A stretch of 64,000 nucleotides of DNA, taken from the NCBI GenBank assembly GCA_963664435.2, contig CAXXKM010000003.1, forward strand, positions 800,001-864,000. Direction: 5' to 3'. Positions 27,801 through 37,339 of this stretch are shown in pieces. The stretch comes from Longimicrobiales bacterium. GTDB taxonomy: Bacteria > Gemmatimonadota > Gemmatimonadetes > Longimicrobiales > Gaopeijiaceae. A program made the position numbers and the translations under genes. How positions within the stretch are numbered: the first letter of the stretch is position 1; every line of letters begins with the position of its first letter. Under the pieces are notes generated by a model. It saw only the letters and a program-made list of their open reading frames with translations, was not told where the DNA came from and searched no databases.

Positions 27801-27929
27801 CAGCTGTCCGGTTGTGACCTGGGCGTGAGCCGGGGCGATGCCGGCCGTGAGGATCGCCGCGAGAATGCAGGCCGGGAGCCGGCTGTGGAGCCGGTGCGGG
27901 AAGCGGGTCGAAGAGGTCCGTTGGGTCAT
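24846..27929 (-). CDS. VPS10/sortilin-like BNR-repeat (Asp-box) exported protein
   Basis: Repeated SxDGGxTW Asp boxes, RNIGPAVMSGR, GGLQDNGSW, GTHGRGIWILD; signal peptide AHA-Q. Confidence 0.92.
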   Translation of the reverse strand: MTQRTSSTRFPHRLHSRLPACILAAILTAGIAPAHAQVTTGQLDALRPRNIGPAVMSGRIVDLAVAESDPIKFYVASATGGVYKTADNGITLVPVFENEGTHSVGAIALHQGDTSVVWVGTGERANRQSSSWGDGVYKSTDGGASWTNMGLRESRHIGRIALHPDDPDVVYVAAMGHLWGPNDERGLYRSADGGATWQRILHIDEDTGVVDVALDPGDPAIVYAATYQRRRRPWGFHGGGPGSALYKSVDGGDTWDRLSGPGIASGLPDGILGRIGISIYLSDPRIVYVSVEQGYRYNASTAYTERRAGIYRSEDRGETWEFMSDWNPRPMYASQILVDPSDDQRIYMVNSYSFSDDGGRTFTVPPQSLHGDDRLVWVNPDDSRHVIKADDGGLGISYDRGLNWLYISDLPVSQYYRVQVDMAEPYNVYGGLQDNGSWMGPSETYRTEGIVNSDWTRLGGGDGFVNIPDTTNNYIIYTESQYLGLSRLDIRSGQRTSIRPGNPSGHIAGRRNWETWREVGTFEEQRLGNAMEPANWDGPFIISPHDGSTLYAGTRTLWKTTDQGGSWEALGDLTTGVDRRTLPVMGQMPDDLMPSLDDGVPYYPTISAVAESPLTQGLIYAGTADGRLHVSRDGGERWTDVAARDVSDSDEPSVLPDFPGLPPGAWVNGIEPSRHEESRVYAVWNNYRNDDYANYLYRSDDYGETWVSITGDLPAGRVLRTVREDPRNPSVLFLGAEIGLFYTMDGGAHWTELRGGMPTLPFNDLVIHPRDNDLVLGTHGRGIWILDQINALQELTPEIMAGPAHLFTIEPATQIRRAGGAAHAGDVHYQGENPPNGAILDYWLAESAAEGTVSIAIEDEGGARVATVEGTTGQGMNRVVWDMRHEVEAGRGPLAVPGTYTARLQAAGVESAQRFPLQEDPRIDAPADVRAAWTATLLELAEARARVASEASRIEEALEGVAADDVGARAARLRDLRREFGELASRLARLAGAVEGVVAPLTQDQQARREFYMEMLETLTREAREAG

Positions 27930-28130
27930 CGAAGAATCCGGTCGATGGGAAAGAGCGACGCTGACACGAGCCTCATATTCGGCTGTTGCCCGCAGGCGAT
28001 CAACCTCGCAGCCTCACTCGACCCCGCATCCGCCAATGATCCATTTCGCGGGGCCGATGCCTCGCCGGTCCGTGGCGGCGCGCTGCTGAATGTTCGATCT
28101 TTCGATGGCGTTCCTTTCGTGGAGTTTTCG

Positions 28131-28820
28131 ATGACTCGATCTGTCGTGCACGTGATCCTGCTTGCGTCGCTCCTGGCGATCGGCCGACCGGCCTTTGCGC
28201 TGCAAGGGAGTATTTCGGTCGGTGGCCGCGTCGGGACGCTCGGCGTCGGAGCCGAGGTTGCGGTAGCAGTGAACGAGCAAATGGCGATCCGCGGCGGAAT
28301 CGGTTTTCTCGGATTCGAGGTCGATGTCACGGAGAGGTCCAACCTCGCCAGCAACCGTACGGCGGAGCTTTCCCTGCCGGGCGCGCTCTACACGGTGGGC
28401 GCCGAGCAATCGTTCGGTGTCCTCAGGGCGGAAGCGGGTCTGCTGGTGAAATCCGGGGATCCGGCCTACGAGATTACCTACGGCAGCGGCGCGTCTATCG
28501 ATATAGGCGGGGGCTACTACAGGGAGCCGGACGTCGGCACGCTCACCACGACACTCGTATCGAGGTCGATGGCGCCCTACGCACTCCTCGGTTTCGCCCC
28601 GAATCTGTCGCCCGCGATCGCCCTGAGGGTGGACCTCGGCGCCGCCTTTCCACTGGACGCGGGCTTCGAGATGTCCGCGACGGGGGATCCCGCGGTGCTG
28701 AGCTCGTCGGGGTTCCGTGCCGATCTCGAAGCCGAGAGGCGGGACGCCGAGAACGACGCCGGCGCTTTCCTCAGCTATTGGCCCATCATCAGCATCGGCC
28801 TGCGCTATGGGCTGAGGTGA
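28131..28820 (+). CDS. Hypothetical outer-membrane beta-barrel protein
   Basis: Signal peptide; GTLGVGAE; amphipathic strands; C-terminal YWPIISIGLRY. Confidence 0.7.
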   Translation: MTRSVVHVILLASLLAIGRPAFALQGSISVGGRVGTLGVGAEVAVAVNEQMAIRGGIGFLGFEVDVTERSNLASNRTAELSLPGALYTVGAEQSFGVLRAEAGLLVKSGDPAYEITYGSGASIDIGGGYYREPDVGTLTTTLVSRSMAPYALLGFAPNLSPAIALRVDLGAAFPLDAGFEMSATGDPAVLSSSGFRADLEAERRDAENDAGAFLSYWPIISIGLRYGLR

Positions 28821-28825
28821 ACGGA

Positions 28826-30052
28826 ATGACTCGCAAGGGCAGGACACCGCTGGCTCCCCACGAAGTACTGCGCGTGATGGATGCCGCGCAGGTCATCCAC
28901 CGGCGACGGCAGGCGCTTGAGGAGCACGAGGCCTTCGACCGCGAGGCCGCGATCCGCGACATACAGCGCATGTACGAGGAGCTGGGTGATCTCGTGGACA
29001 GCAAGACGATCGAGAAGGCGCTCGACGATTACCTGTCCCAGCGTTACGCCTTCACCCCGGCGCCGCCCGGCGTCGGAAGGAGCCTGGCGCTTCTCTACAT
29101 CCGCCGCGGCTGGATCGCCACGCGCGTGCTGCTGCCCACCGCCGCGGTGGCGGCGCTTATCTGGGGGAGCATTGCGGGCGCGGGAATCATGGGCGAGCGA
29201 GCCCTGGCGCGCGACCTGGAGCGGCTCCGGTTCGAGCTGGCGGGAATTGGCACCGCCCGGGCCGCCGAACTCGAGGAGCTCGAGGCGCTCGTTGCGCGCG
29301 GGGTTCCGCCCGACCTTCCCGCTGCCGAAGCCGATGAGTTTGCGGCCGGCATCGCCGAAGCCGGGATCCAGTTGGTGGCTGTCGAGGAGGCTCTCGATCC
29401 CATCGTGCGGGAGATCGAGCGCGAGGACCTCGCGCGCCCCGACCGCGATCGACTGCGAGAGAGGGCCGCCGCCGTGGCAGCGGACCTCGAGCTGGCCCGG
29501 GCCGGCGTCGACCGCGCAGACGCAGCGATCGAGCGTCACGCCCGCCTGGAGGCCCTTGGGGCCGACGTCATCCGTCTCAACGCCGCCGTGCTCGCGGAAG
29601 CCGCCGAGGACCTGGTCCGCGAGCGCGCCGGAGACCTCGCCCGCGAGGCCGAATCCCATATCGCCGCCCGTGACGTCGACGGGCTCGCCGACGCGGCGCA
29701 ACGCTATCGGGATCTGCTCGACGCGGTCTCCACGGAGTACCGCATCGTCGTCACGGGGGGTGCGTGGCGCTATCCCGACGGCGCGCGCGATGTCCGCAAC
29801 CACTACCTGTTGGTACAGGCGCTGGGGACCGACGGCGAGCCGGTGCCTGTGACGATCCGCAGCGAGGAGAACGACGAGACGAGGCGCGTGCTGCAATGGG
29901 GTGAGCGGGTTCCGCGGGAGGTGTACGACCGCGTCGCCGCCGACAGGGCCGACAACGGCATCATCGACGACGAGGAATTCGGCTTCAAGGCCAGAGGTTT
30001 CGTCACCGCCGAACGCCGTTACGCCGACATCGGGCAGATCACGGAGTGGTAG
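28826..30052 (+). CDS. DUF6384 family membrane protein
   Basis: N-terminal VMD..RYAFTP..LALLYIRR, one TM helix, coiled coil, C-terminal NHYLLVQA..EEN..WGERVP..DNGIID..GFKARG. Confidence 0.75.
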   Translation: MTRKGRTPLAPHEVLRVMDAAQVIHRRRQALEEHEAFDREAAIRDIQRMYEELGDLVDSKTIEKALDDYLSQRYAFTPAPPGVGRSLALLYIRRGWIATRVLLPTAAVAALIWGSIAGAGIMGERALARDLERLRFELAGIGTARAAELEELEALVARGVPPDLPAAEADEFAAGIAEAGIQLVAVEEALDPIVREIEREDLARPDRDRLRERAAAVAADLELARAGVDRADAAIERHARLEALGADVIRLNAAVLAEAAEDLVRERAGDLAREAESHIAARDVDGLADAAQRYRDLLDAVSTEYRIVVTGGAWRYPDGARDVRNHYLLVQALGTDGEPVPVTIRSEENDETRRVLQWGERVPREVYDRVAADRADNGIIDDEEFGFKARGFVTAERRYADIGQITEW

Positions 30053-30054
30053 CC

Positions 30055-31446
30055 ATGCAGACCGGGAGAGACATCCACCGCGGGATCGTCAGGCGAATCC
30101 GGCGCGTCCGGCGTGAGCTGGACGAGCGGGAGCGAAGCATCGACGGGCTGCAGTTGGCGCTGGGCGAGACGGGCGAACGGAGGTGCGGCGCCATTCGTTC
30201 GCTGGCCGAGTTCCATCTCCCGGCGATGAGGGAGGACGCGGTGGCGGCCACCCTCGCGGGGATGGAGTCCAGCGTGCGCGCCATCTTCAACGAGAAAAAG
30301 GACCGCCTGGGCGAGGTGGAGAGGCGAATTCCGGAGGAGCGCGACGACGTCGCGGCGGCCGAGGCCGCGCTGGCATCGGTGACCGAAGCACTGAACGAGA
30401 CCGGCGCAGAGCGGGCCCGACTGGCGCGCCGGGTGTTCGACGAACTCCAGGCCATGCCCCGGTGGCAGCGCCTATTCGAGCGGGCGCGCCTGTTGGAGGC
30501 CCGGGTCGCCGCCTCCCGGAAGCGCCACGAGGCGGCCGAGCGCGAACAGGCCGAAAAGGCGCCCGCGTACGAGGGCGACGCCCTCTTCTCCTACCTCGCG
30601 CGCCGAGGCTACGGCACGCCCAAGGCCACCGGCAACGCCCTCACCCGCCGCCTGGACGGATGGGTGGCGGAGGTGACGCAGTACGAGGACGCCCGCGCCA
30701 GGTACGACTTCCTGAACGCGCTGCCCGGTCACGCGGCCGCGGTACTCGAGGAGGAAAGCGCGGCCCTCGCCACGGCACTTCCCCCGCTGGCCCGCCTGGA
30801 AGAGGAGGTCGTGGACCGCAACGGGCTGACCCCGGTGCTCGCCCGCGGCGAACAGCTCTACGCGGAGCGCGAGGCGGCACGGAAGAGGGTGCGCGCGGCC
30901 GAGGCCACGCTGCGCGAACTCACCGACGAACTGGCTGCCCTCCACGATGAGCGCGGATCCTACTACGAGTCGGCGATCGACGGGCTGGAGGCGTTTCTGG
31001 AGGGCCGCACGCTGGAGGAGCTGGTCGCCATGGCGCGCGCCACCCGCGATCCGCGGGACGACGCCCTGGTGGCGCAGCTGCTCGAGATCGACGACCGGCT
31101 CGCCCAGCTGCGCGCCGAGCTCGCAACGCGCCGAAAAGAGCGCTCGCGTCTCGCTGAGCGCCTGGCGGGCCTGGAGGAGATCCGCGACCGTTTCGAGGCC
31201 GACGACTGGAACGGCCGGCGGTCGCGCTTCGACGACGGGCTCGACATCAACGCACTGCTCCTCGGCTTCGTCGCCGGACGCCACTCTTCCCCGCACGTGC
31301 ATCGGATGCTGGGGCGCAACCAGCATTTTCTCCCGGTCGACAGCTCCGGCGTGGGCAGCTTCGGCGCGGGTGGTTTCGGAGGCGGCGGTTTTTCGACCGG
31401 GGGTGGTTTCGGGGGCGGCGGCTTCTCGACCGGGGGCGGGTTCTAG
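30055..31446 (+). CDS. Long coiled-coil protein with C-terminal GGGFSTGGGF repeats
   Basis: Heptad-rich; YEGDALFSYLARRGYGT; duplicated GGGFSTGGGF end; adjacent to the DUF6384 gene. Confidence 0.8.
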   Translation: MQTGRDIHRGIVRRIRRVRRELDERERSIDGLQLALGETGERRCGAIRSLAEFHLPAMREDAVAATLAGMESSVRAIFNEKKDRLGEVERRIPEERDDVAAAEAALASVTEALNETGAERARLARRVFDELQAMPRWQRLFERARLLEARVAASRKRHEAAEREQAEKAPAYEGDALFSYLARRGYGTPKATGNALTRRLDGWVAEVTQYEDARARYDFLNALPGHAAAVLEEESAALATALPPLARLEEEVVDRNGLTPVLARGEQLYAEREAARKRVRAAEATLRELTDELAALHDERGSYYESAIDGLEAFLEGRTLEELVAMARATRDPRDDALVAQLLEIDDRLAQLRAELATRRKERSRLAERLAGLEEIRDRFEADDWNGRRSRFDDGLDINALLLGFVAGRHSSPHVHRMLGRNQHFLPVDSSGVGSFGAGGFGGGGFSTGGGFGGGGFSTGGGF

Positions 31447-31453
31447 CCGTGGG

Positions 31454-32128
31454 TCACGCGCCCGCCACCCCGGATCGGCGCGCTTCGGGTCGTAGAGCTG
31501 CAAGCTCGGCCGCGCGCTCCAGGTCGGCGGGGGTGTTCACGTTCAGGAAGGCGTACTGCGCGCCCGCTACGGATGCGAACTGGTCGCGGGCCATCACCAC
31601 CGGGTCGTGCGCGCGCACAAACTTTCCCATGCCGAACCGGCCCGCCGCCAGCGATTCCTCCACGGCGGGGACCAGGCTGGCGGGATAACACGCGCAGAGC
31701 GGCTCGATGCCCAGCGGGCCCGGGCTGGCCGGAACGGTCGGGCGCGCGGCGTCGAAGCCGATGGCAAGGCGCGCCACCAGGGCGGGCGGCACCAGGGGCA
31801 GGTCGCACCCGAGCAGGAAGACCCCCGCATCGCCCCGCTCCCGCGCCCACGTGAGCCCCGCGTGCAGCCCGCCAAGGGGACCGGCGCCGGGCGTCAGGTC
31901 GGGGCGGACGGGCACCGCCGCGGGGGTTAGGCCGGCCGGCAGATCATCGGCCCGGTTGGCGATCACCCCGGTCTCCAGGCCGGCGGCCTGCAGGATGGCC
32001 AGCGCGCGCTCCAGCAACGTCAGCCCGGCCAGCCGCGCCCGCGCCTTGGGTTTGCCGTAGCGGCGGCTCCGCCCCCCCGCCAGCACCACCCCGAAGAGTC
32101 GCGGGCGGGACCGATCCTCCCCGCTCAA
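31454..32128 (-). CDS. mobA: Molybdenum cofactor guanylyltransferase
   Basis: VLAGGRSRRYGKPKA, GPLGGL, CDLP, EPLCACY, FLNVNTPADL; TTG start inferred. Confidence 0.92.
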   Translation of the reverse strand: MSGEDRSRPRLFGVVLAGGRSRRYGKPKARARLAGLTLLERALAILQAAGLETGVIANRADDLPAGLTPAAVPVRPDLTPGAGPLGGLHAGLTWARERGDAGVFLLGCDLPLVPPALVARLAIGFDAARPTVPASPGPLGIEPLCACYPASLVPAVEESLAAGRFGMGKFVRAHDPVVMARDQFASVAGAQYAFLNVNTPADLERAAELAALRPEARRSGVAGA

Positions 32129-32217
32129 TGCCCCGCCGGCGCGCGACTGACGCCCTTGACCAGCGGCCGCGCCCAAAGGTGCGCCACCGCCCGCGCGCTG
32201 TCCGCGCCCACGGCGGC

Positions 32218-33066
32218 TCAGGTCCGCACCCGGGCGCGCCCCGCGTACACGTTGAAGCCGGTCGCGCGCGTGAACCCCACCAGGGTGACGTTGAAGCGGC
32301 GCGCCAGGTCCACGGCGAGCGAGGACGGCGCGCCCACCGCCGCCACCACCGGCACGCCGGCCATGGTGGCCTTCTGCAGGAGCTCGAAGGAAGTCCGGCC
32401 GCTCACCAGCACGATGCGGTCGGCCAGGGGCAGCCGTCCAGCCAGGAATTCGCGCCCGATCAGCTTGTCCAGCGCGTTGTGCCGCCCCACGTCCTCGCGC
32501 AGCCCGAGAAGCCGCCCCTCCACGTCGAACAGCGCGCTCGCATGGATGCCCCCGGTCTTCTCGAAGACGGGCTGTGCGGCCCGCAGCGCATCCGGCAGTC
32601 CCGTCAGCACCTCCGACGGCACCGTCAGGGTCCCGTCGGCGATGGGGTTGCATCCCTGCACCTCGATGGCGTCGAGCGACGCCTTCCCGCACACGCCGCA
32701 GCTGGAGGTCATGTAGAAGTTGCGGTTCAGCAGGCCCGCATCGAAGGAGGCGGACGGCGTCAGGCGCACCTCGAGCAGGTTGTACTCCTGCTGCTCGTCG
32801 CCCGAGCAGTAGCTGATGTCCTGGATGTCGCGCCGATCGGACAACAGCCCCTCGGCGAACAGGAATCCGGCCGCGAGCTCGAAATCGTCGCCGGGCGTGC
32901 GCATCGTGACCGAAACGCTGCGCGTCCGCCACGCGTCCCCATCCGCAAAGCGCACACGGATCTCGAGGGGCTCCTCGACGGCCACGACGTCCTGTCGCGT
33001 GCTCCCGCTCCCGTCGCGCAGGCGGGTGACCCTGAGGCGCGTGATTCGGCGGCGCGGAATGATCAT
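32218..33066 (-). CDS. fdhD: Formate dehydrogenase accessory sulfurtransferase
   Basis: EEPLEI, TMRTPG, SSCGVCGK, TGGIHA, REDVGRHNALDK, SGRTSFELLQK, APSSLAV. Confidence 0.97.
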   Translation of the reverse strand: MIIPRRRITRLRVTRLRDGSGSTRQDVVAVEEPLEIRVRFADGDAWRTRSVSVTMRTPGDDFELAAGFLFAEGLLSDRRDIQDISYCSGDEQQEYNLLEVRLTPSASFDAGLLNRNFYMTSSCGVCGKASLDAIEVQGCNPIADGTLTVPSEVLTGLPDALRAAQPVFEKTGGIHASALFDVEGRLLGLREDVGRHNALDKLIGREFLAGRLPLADRIVLVSGRTSFELLQKATMAGVPVVAAVGAPSSLAVDLARRFNVTLVGFTRATGFNVYAGRARVRT

Positions 33067-33210
33067 GAAGTAAGGTCAGCCGCGCCGCTGGGGATGGTCA
33101 AGGAAGGGGCCGATACATCCCGATGCCTCCGTACTTGCGGGACCCCCGAAAACCCGGGCAAGTTGACAGGTACAATCCGGACCTGCAGTCCCCGAGAAAG
33201 GAGCCTCATC

Positions 33211-34290
33211 ATGAAGAATCCGACCATATCCTGGCGCGCCTTCGCGCTTCCGGTGCTCATCCTCGCCGCGACGTCGGCGCTGGGCGGAGTGGTGCTGGCC
33301 GGTGTATCCAGCACCACCGACGAGGTCGCGAGCGCCGCCTCCAGCTTCGTCGCCACCCTCGACGCCGAGAGCCGCGACCGCGCCATGTTCCCGCTCGGCG
33401 ACGCGGAGCAGTTCAACTGGCACTTCGTCCCGAGAGAGCGTAACGGGCTTCCGCTGAAGGCGATGACGCTCGCACAGCGCACGGCCGCCCATCAACTGCT
33501 GAAGTCGGCGCTGAGTTCCCAGGGGTATCTCAAGGCCAACGGCATCATCGAACTCGAGCGCGTTCTCGGGATCATGGAGGGACGCGAGGAGCGACGCGAT
33601 CCGGAGGACTACTACTTCGCCATCTTCGGATCACCAGCCGCGGACGGCGCGTGGGCCTGGCGCTTCGAGGGGCACCATATCTCGATGAGTTTTTCGTCCG
33701 CGGGGGATGACAACCTCATCACGGGTCCCGCATTCATGGGAAGCAACCCGCACATCGTGCCCTCGGGCCCCAAGGCCGGGTTGCGCGTGCTGGCCTCCGA
33801 GGAAGATCTGGCCCGCGAGCTGGTGACGATGCTCTCATCGAGCCAGCGCGGATCCGCGGTCATCGCCAGCGAGGCCTACGACGACATCATCACCGGCGCC
33901 GAGCGCACCGTGGATCTTGCGTACGAGGGGATCCGGGCCTCGGCGCTGGACGAGGCCCAGCGGGGCCAGCTCGACCGGCTTATCGGCGAGTACGTGCACA
34001 ACATGGACGATGAATCCGCGAGCCGCTGGATGGAGCGCATCGCGGCCGGATCCGACGACGAGCTCTACTTCGCGTGGGCGGGCCCGACCGAGGCGGGCGA
34101 AGGCCACTACTACCGCGTCCACTCGCCCGAATTCCTCATCGAGTACGACAACACCCAGAACGACGCCAACCACGTGCACTCGGTGTGGCGCGATCTGCGG
34201 GACGACTTCGGCGGAGACGTGCTGCGGGCGCACTATGAAGAGGCGCCGCACCACAATCACGAAGCGCCGCACGATCATCCGCACCGGTAA
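33211..34290 (+). CDS. DUF3500 domain exported protein with His-rich tail
   Basis: WHFVPRER, WRFEGHHIS, YFAWAG, YYRVH, IEYDNTQNDANHVHSVWRD; RBS AAGGAG. Confidence 0.88.
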   Translation: MKNPTISWRAFALPVLILAATSALGGVVLAGVSSTTDEVASAASSFVATLDAESRDRAMFPLGDAEQFNWHFVPRERNGLPLKAMTLAQRTAAHQLLKSALSSQGYLKANGIIELERVLGIMEGREERRDPEDYYFAIFGSPAADGAWAWRFEGHHISMSFSSAGDDNLITGPAFMGSNPHIVPSGPKAGLRVLASEEDLARELVTMLSSSQRGSAVIASEAYDDIITGAERTVDLAYEGIRASALDEAQRGQLDRLIGEYVHNMDDESASRWMERIAAGSDDELYFAWAGPTEAGEGHYYRVHSPEFLIEYDNTQNDANHVHSVWRDLRDDFGGDVLRAHYEEAPHHNHEAPHDHPHR

Positions 34291-34360
34291 CGGAACCGGA
34301 TCTCGACCGCACACAGACGGAAAACCGCGCGGCGGGCACAGCCTGCGCCGTCAACAACAG

Positions 34361-34402
34361 ACCCACTACCGGTAGGGGGGTAGCCTGCTGCCGGTAGTGG
34401 GT
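34361..34402. terminator. Inverted repeat between convergent genes
   Basis: ACCCACTACCGG (34361-72) / CCGGTAGTGGGT (34391-402), perfect 12-bp arms. Confidence 0.6.
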
Positions 34403-34406
34403 TTGC

Positions 34407-35960
34407 TCACTCCCCTCCCGGCGGCGGCACCTCCACGGCGGCGAAGTCCGGCAGGTCCTCCGGCCCGCGGGGACCGATCCGGCCCTTCGAGGACTCGAGC
34501 AGCTCGGCCGGGTCGTAGGCCACCCCGTCCTTGAACACCATGCGCACGTTGCGGGTGTTGCGGATGTCCTCCAGCGGGTCTCCTTCCAGGATGACCAGGT
34601 CGGCGATCTTGCCCGCTTCGATGGTGCCCAGGTCGTCCTCCAGGCGCAGGGCCGTGGCCGCGTTGATGGTCGCGAACCGTAGCACTGCCGCCTCCGGGAT
34701 CCCGGATTTCACGAACAGCGCCAGCTCCCGGTGCACCGAGAAGGGGGAGAAGAACTCGCCCGTGGAGGGGTGGTCGGTTCCCATCGTGATCAGGTGCCCG
34801 CCCCCCATGTCATAGAAGCGCTTGACGAGCTGCTGCTTGACATTGTAGATGCGCTCGAACTGCTCGCTCACCCGCCTGGGCTCCGCGGCGAGGCGCTCTT
34901 CAATGAGTTCGCGGGCATACGGGGTCAGGTAGCTCATCTCGTCGGCGAAGGGCTCGAAGATGTCGGGATCGCGCCCGCCCGAGTATCCGTACGCGCTCAT
35001 GGTGGCATCGTAGTTGACGCCCGCGTCCAGGTAGAGCTGGACGATGCGCTCGAACTCGGGCATGTCGGGCGTCATCTCCTCGAACGAGTCGTAGGCGGAG
35101 CGCTCCGCCGGCATCGCGTCACCGCCCATGAAGTGCTCGATGCGGTCGATCCCCATGTGGATGGCGTCGCGCGGGTTGACCGAGCCCCGGAAGCCGGAGC
35201 CCAGGTGGCCGGTCACGCTGAGGCCGTGGTGATGGGCCCGCTCGATCAGCGCCTCGAGATGCGGGGCCGTGATGGTCTTGGCCTTGAGGCCCGCCACCCC
35301 CTCCTCGACCAGGGCGTCCACCTGGCGATGGATGTCCTCGGTGGTGAAATCGGGGTCCCATCCCACCCGCGCCGTGCCGAAGTAGGGTCCGGATCGGAGG
35401 AGCCGGGCGCCCACCTGCTCGCCCGAACGCAGGCGCTCCTGCAAGGCGCGCATCTTTTGCGGGCTGGCCTCCCCGTTCGGGAAGGTGCTGGTCACCCCGT
35501 TGGCCAGGAAGAGCGCGGGGTAGACGGTCGTCTCGTCGACGCGGCCCTCTCCCAGCAAATCGAGGTGGAAGTGGGCGTGCAGGTCGAGCAGGCCGGGGAG
35601 GATGACCTCCCCCTCCCCGACCTCCACCACGGTGGCCCCGGCCGCGACCGCCTCTGACGCAGCCACGGCGTCCACGGCCCCGAAGCGCCCCTCCGCCATC
35701 ACGATCCCCGGGTTGGGCACCACGTCGTCCCCGGTCCCGTCGAACAGGCCGCCCCCCCAGACGACCGTCACACCCGAAGATGCGGGCGCCCCCGCTTCGT
35801 CCGCCGGCGAGCATGCCGCGAAGACGAGAACGGCGAGGGCCGCGAGCGCGCGACCCGCGGCGACCCTGAAGCGCGCCGGGGCTGGACAGCACTGGGATCG
35901 GCTGGCGCGCGTGCGTCTCGCGCGGCCTGCTGTGATGCGACGGGCCCTGAACTCGATCAT
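34407..35960 (-). CDS. Amidohydrolase family lipoprotein
   Basis: LPGLLDLHAH, GTDH, ATINAA, GTIEAGKIADLVILEGDPLEDI; lipobox FAAC. Confidence 0.92.
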   Translation of the reverse strand: MIEFRARRITAGRARRTRASRSQCCPAPARFRVAAGRALAALAVLVFAACSPADEAGAPASSGVTVVWGGGLFDGTGDDVVPNPGIVMAEGRFGAVDAVAASEAVAAGATVVEVGEGEVILPGLLDLHAHFHLDLLGEGRVDETTVYPALFLANGVTSTFPNGEASPQKMRALQERLRSGEQVGARLLRSGPYFGTARVGWDPDFTTEDIHRQVDALVEEGVAGLKAKTITAPHLEALIERAHHHGLSVTGHLGSGFRGSVNPRDAIHMGIDRIEHFMGGDAMPAERSAYDSFEEMTPDMPEFERIVQLYLDAGVNYDATMSAYGYSGGRDPDIFEPFADEMSYLTPYARELIEERLAAEPRRVSEQFERIYNVKQQLVKRFYDMGGGHLITMGTDHPSTGEFFSPFSVHRELALFVKSGIPEAAVLRFATINAATALRLEDDLGTIEAGKIADLVILEGDPLEDIRNTRNVRMVFKDGVAYDPAELLESSKGRIGPRGPEDLPDFAAVEVPPPGGE

Positions 35961-35988
35961 GATGCGTGCTCCTGAAGACTGTTTCGAC

Positions 35989-37326
35989 CTAGCCCGAGAT
36001 GTTGACGTTGTTGTTCACCTCGATGTCGGGCAGCGGCATGCAGCTGTAGGGCTGGAAGCTGTTGCCCTTGTGGTTCACTCCCTGCGGGAACTGGATGTTG
36101 TGGCGGATCATGTCGCTGTGCCAGTGGCCCTCGAGGAAGAAGGTGCGCTTCCGCTCCTCCAGAATGGTCCCCAGCATGTCGTCGACCTCGCTCATCTGCA
36201 GATGTGGAATCCCGTAGACGTCGCGCACCCGGTTGAGCGCGTCGAGTGCGGCCTGCCCCATGCGCGCCTCGGCGATGATGAACTGCGCCTCGCGCCATGA
36301 TGCGATGGGGATGGGATGGTCGCGCGCCGTGTACTTGAGCTGGTCCCATTGGTCGGTTTCGCCGTCCTGGCCCTTGCGCCCGGTGTTCACCACCGGCACG
36401 CGCGGATCGGGCATACCCGCGACCTCCAGGTTGCGCCAGGCGACGCCCACCGACAGGTAGTCGGTTTCGGTGCGGTTGTAGGTCGAGTTCTCGCGCCGAA
36501 TCTGCGCGGTGGAGTACTCGGCGTTGCGCACGAACCCCTCGGGGACCTGCTCCGCGTCCGCGGCGGCTTCCGACAGATTCCCCAGATCCAGGTTTACGCG
36601 CGCCCGCCCCACCCGGGCCATGTTGACGATCGAGGGATCCGAGGCCTGGCTGATCGCGGTGGTGAAACGCTCCGCGGCGAGCGCCAGCACCTCGCGCGGC
36701 TGCATGAGCGGTCCATTGTCGAGCGCCATCTCGCAGTAGTTCTCGCCCAGGTGCACCAGGCTGTAGCCCGCGTACGCGTTCAGCGTGCCCAGCACGTTGG
36801 ACTTGTCGGAAACGTCCGCGTCGCTGAATTCGGTGATGCGGCGCACGGCGTCCTCCGCCAGGAAGCGCGCCCGCTGGAAGGGCGTGTAGTAGCCGTAGTT
36901 GGTGGCCGCCCGGGAGGTCGAGCAGGCGCCCGAGGTGGCCCGGATTTCGGTCTCCCCGCGCCAGCCCCAGACGTTGGAGCTCAGGAAGAAGTTGGAGGCG
37001 ATGAACTCGCCCGTGAGAAAGGCGTTGGTGGGGACCAGGGTGTTGAGGGCGCACTCGAACTCGCCCAGGGCGCTGACCATCATGGTGCCGGCCAGTGCGG
37101 GATCGTCGAGCGCCGCGTCCTCGACCTGCCCGGGGATCTCCACCTCCAGAAGGGACTCACAGGCAACCGTTCCCGCGAGCAGAATGCCGCTCAGGATCGC
37201 GATCGCGCGGGAACCCCTTCCCTGCCGGCGAGCCCGGCGCCGTCGTCCGACGTATTCGCTGTACCGTCTCATTTGCCTCACCTCGTGCCCCTGCGGATTG
37301 GATTCGCTGCTTCGAAGGTCGATCAT
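35989..37326 (-). CDS. RagB/SusD family nutrient-uptake lipoprotein
   Basis: Lipobox TVAC-ESLLEV; EAQFIIAEA, LNRVR, EERKRTFFLEGH; directly downstream of SusC. Confidence 0.88.
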   Translation of the reverse strand: MIDLRSSESNPQGHEVRQMRRYSEYVGRRRRARRQGRGSRAIAILSGILLAGTVACESLLEVEIPGQVEDAALDDPALAGTMMVSALGEFECALNTLVPTNAFLTGEFIASNFFLSSNVWGWRGETEIRATSGACSTSRAATNYGYYTPFQRARFLAEDAVRRITEFSDADVSDKSNVLGTLNAYAGYSLVHLGENYCEMALDNGPLMQPREVLALAAERFTTAISQASDPSIVNMARVGRARVNLDLGNLSEAAADAEQVPEGFVRNAEYSTAQIRRENSTYNRTETDYLSVGVAWRNLEVAGMPDPRVPVVNTGRKGQDGETDQWDQLKYTARDHPIPIASWREAQFIIAEARMGQAALDALNRVRDVYGIPHLQMSEVDDMLGTILEERKRTFFLEGHWHSDMIRHNIQFPQGVNHKGNSFQPYSCMPLPDIEVNNNVNISG

Positions 37327-37339
37327 CGTTCCACCTCCC

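Noticed and set aside
33163..33176. TTGACA and TACAAT upstream of DUF3500
   Set aside because: Only 2 bp apart, so they cannot form a single sigma70 promoter; TACAAT alone may be a -10.
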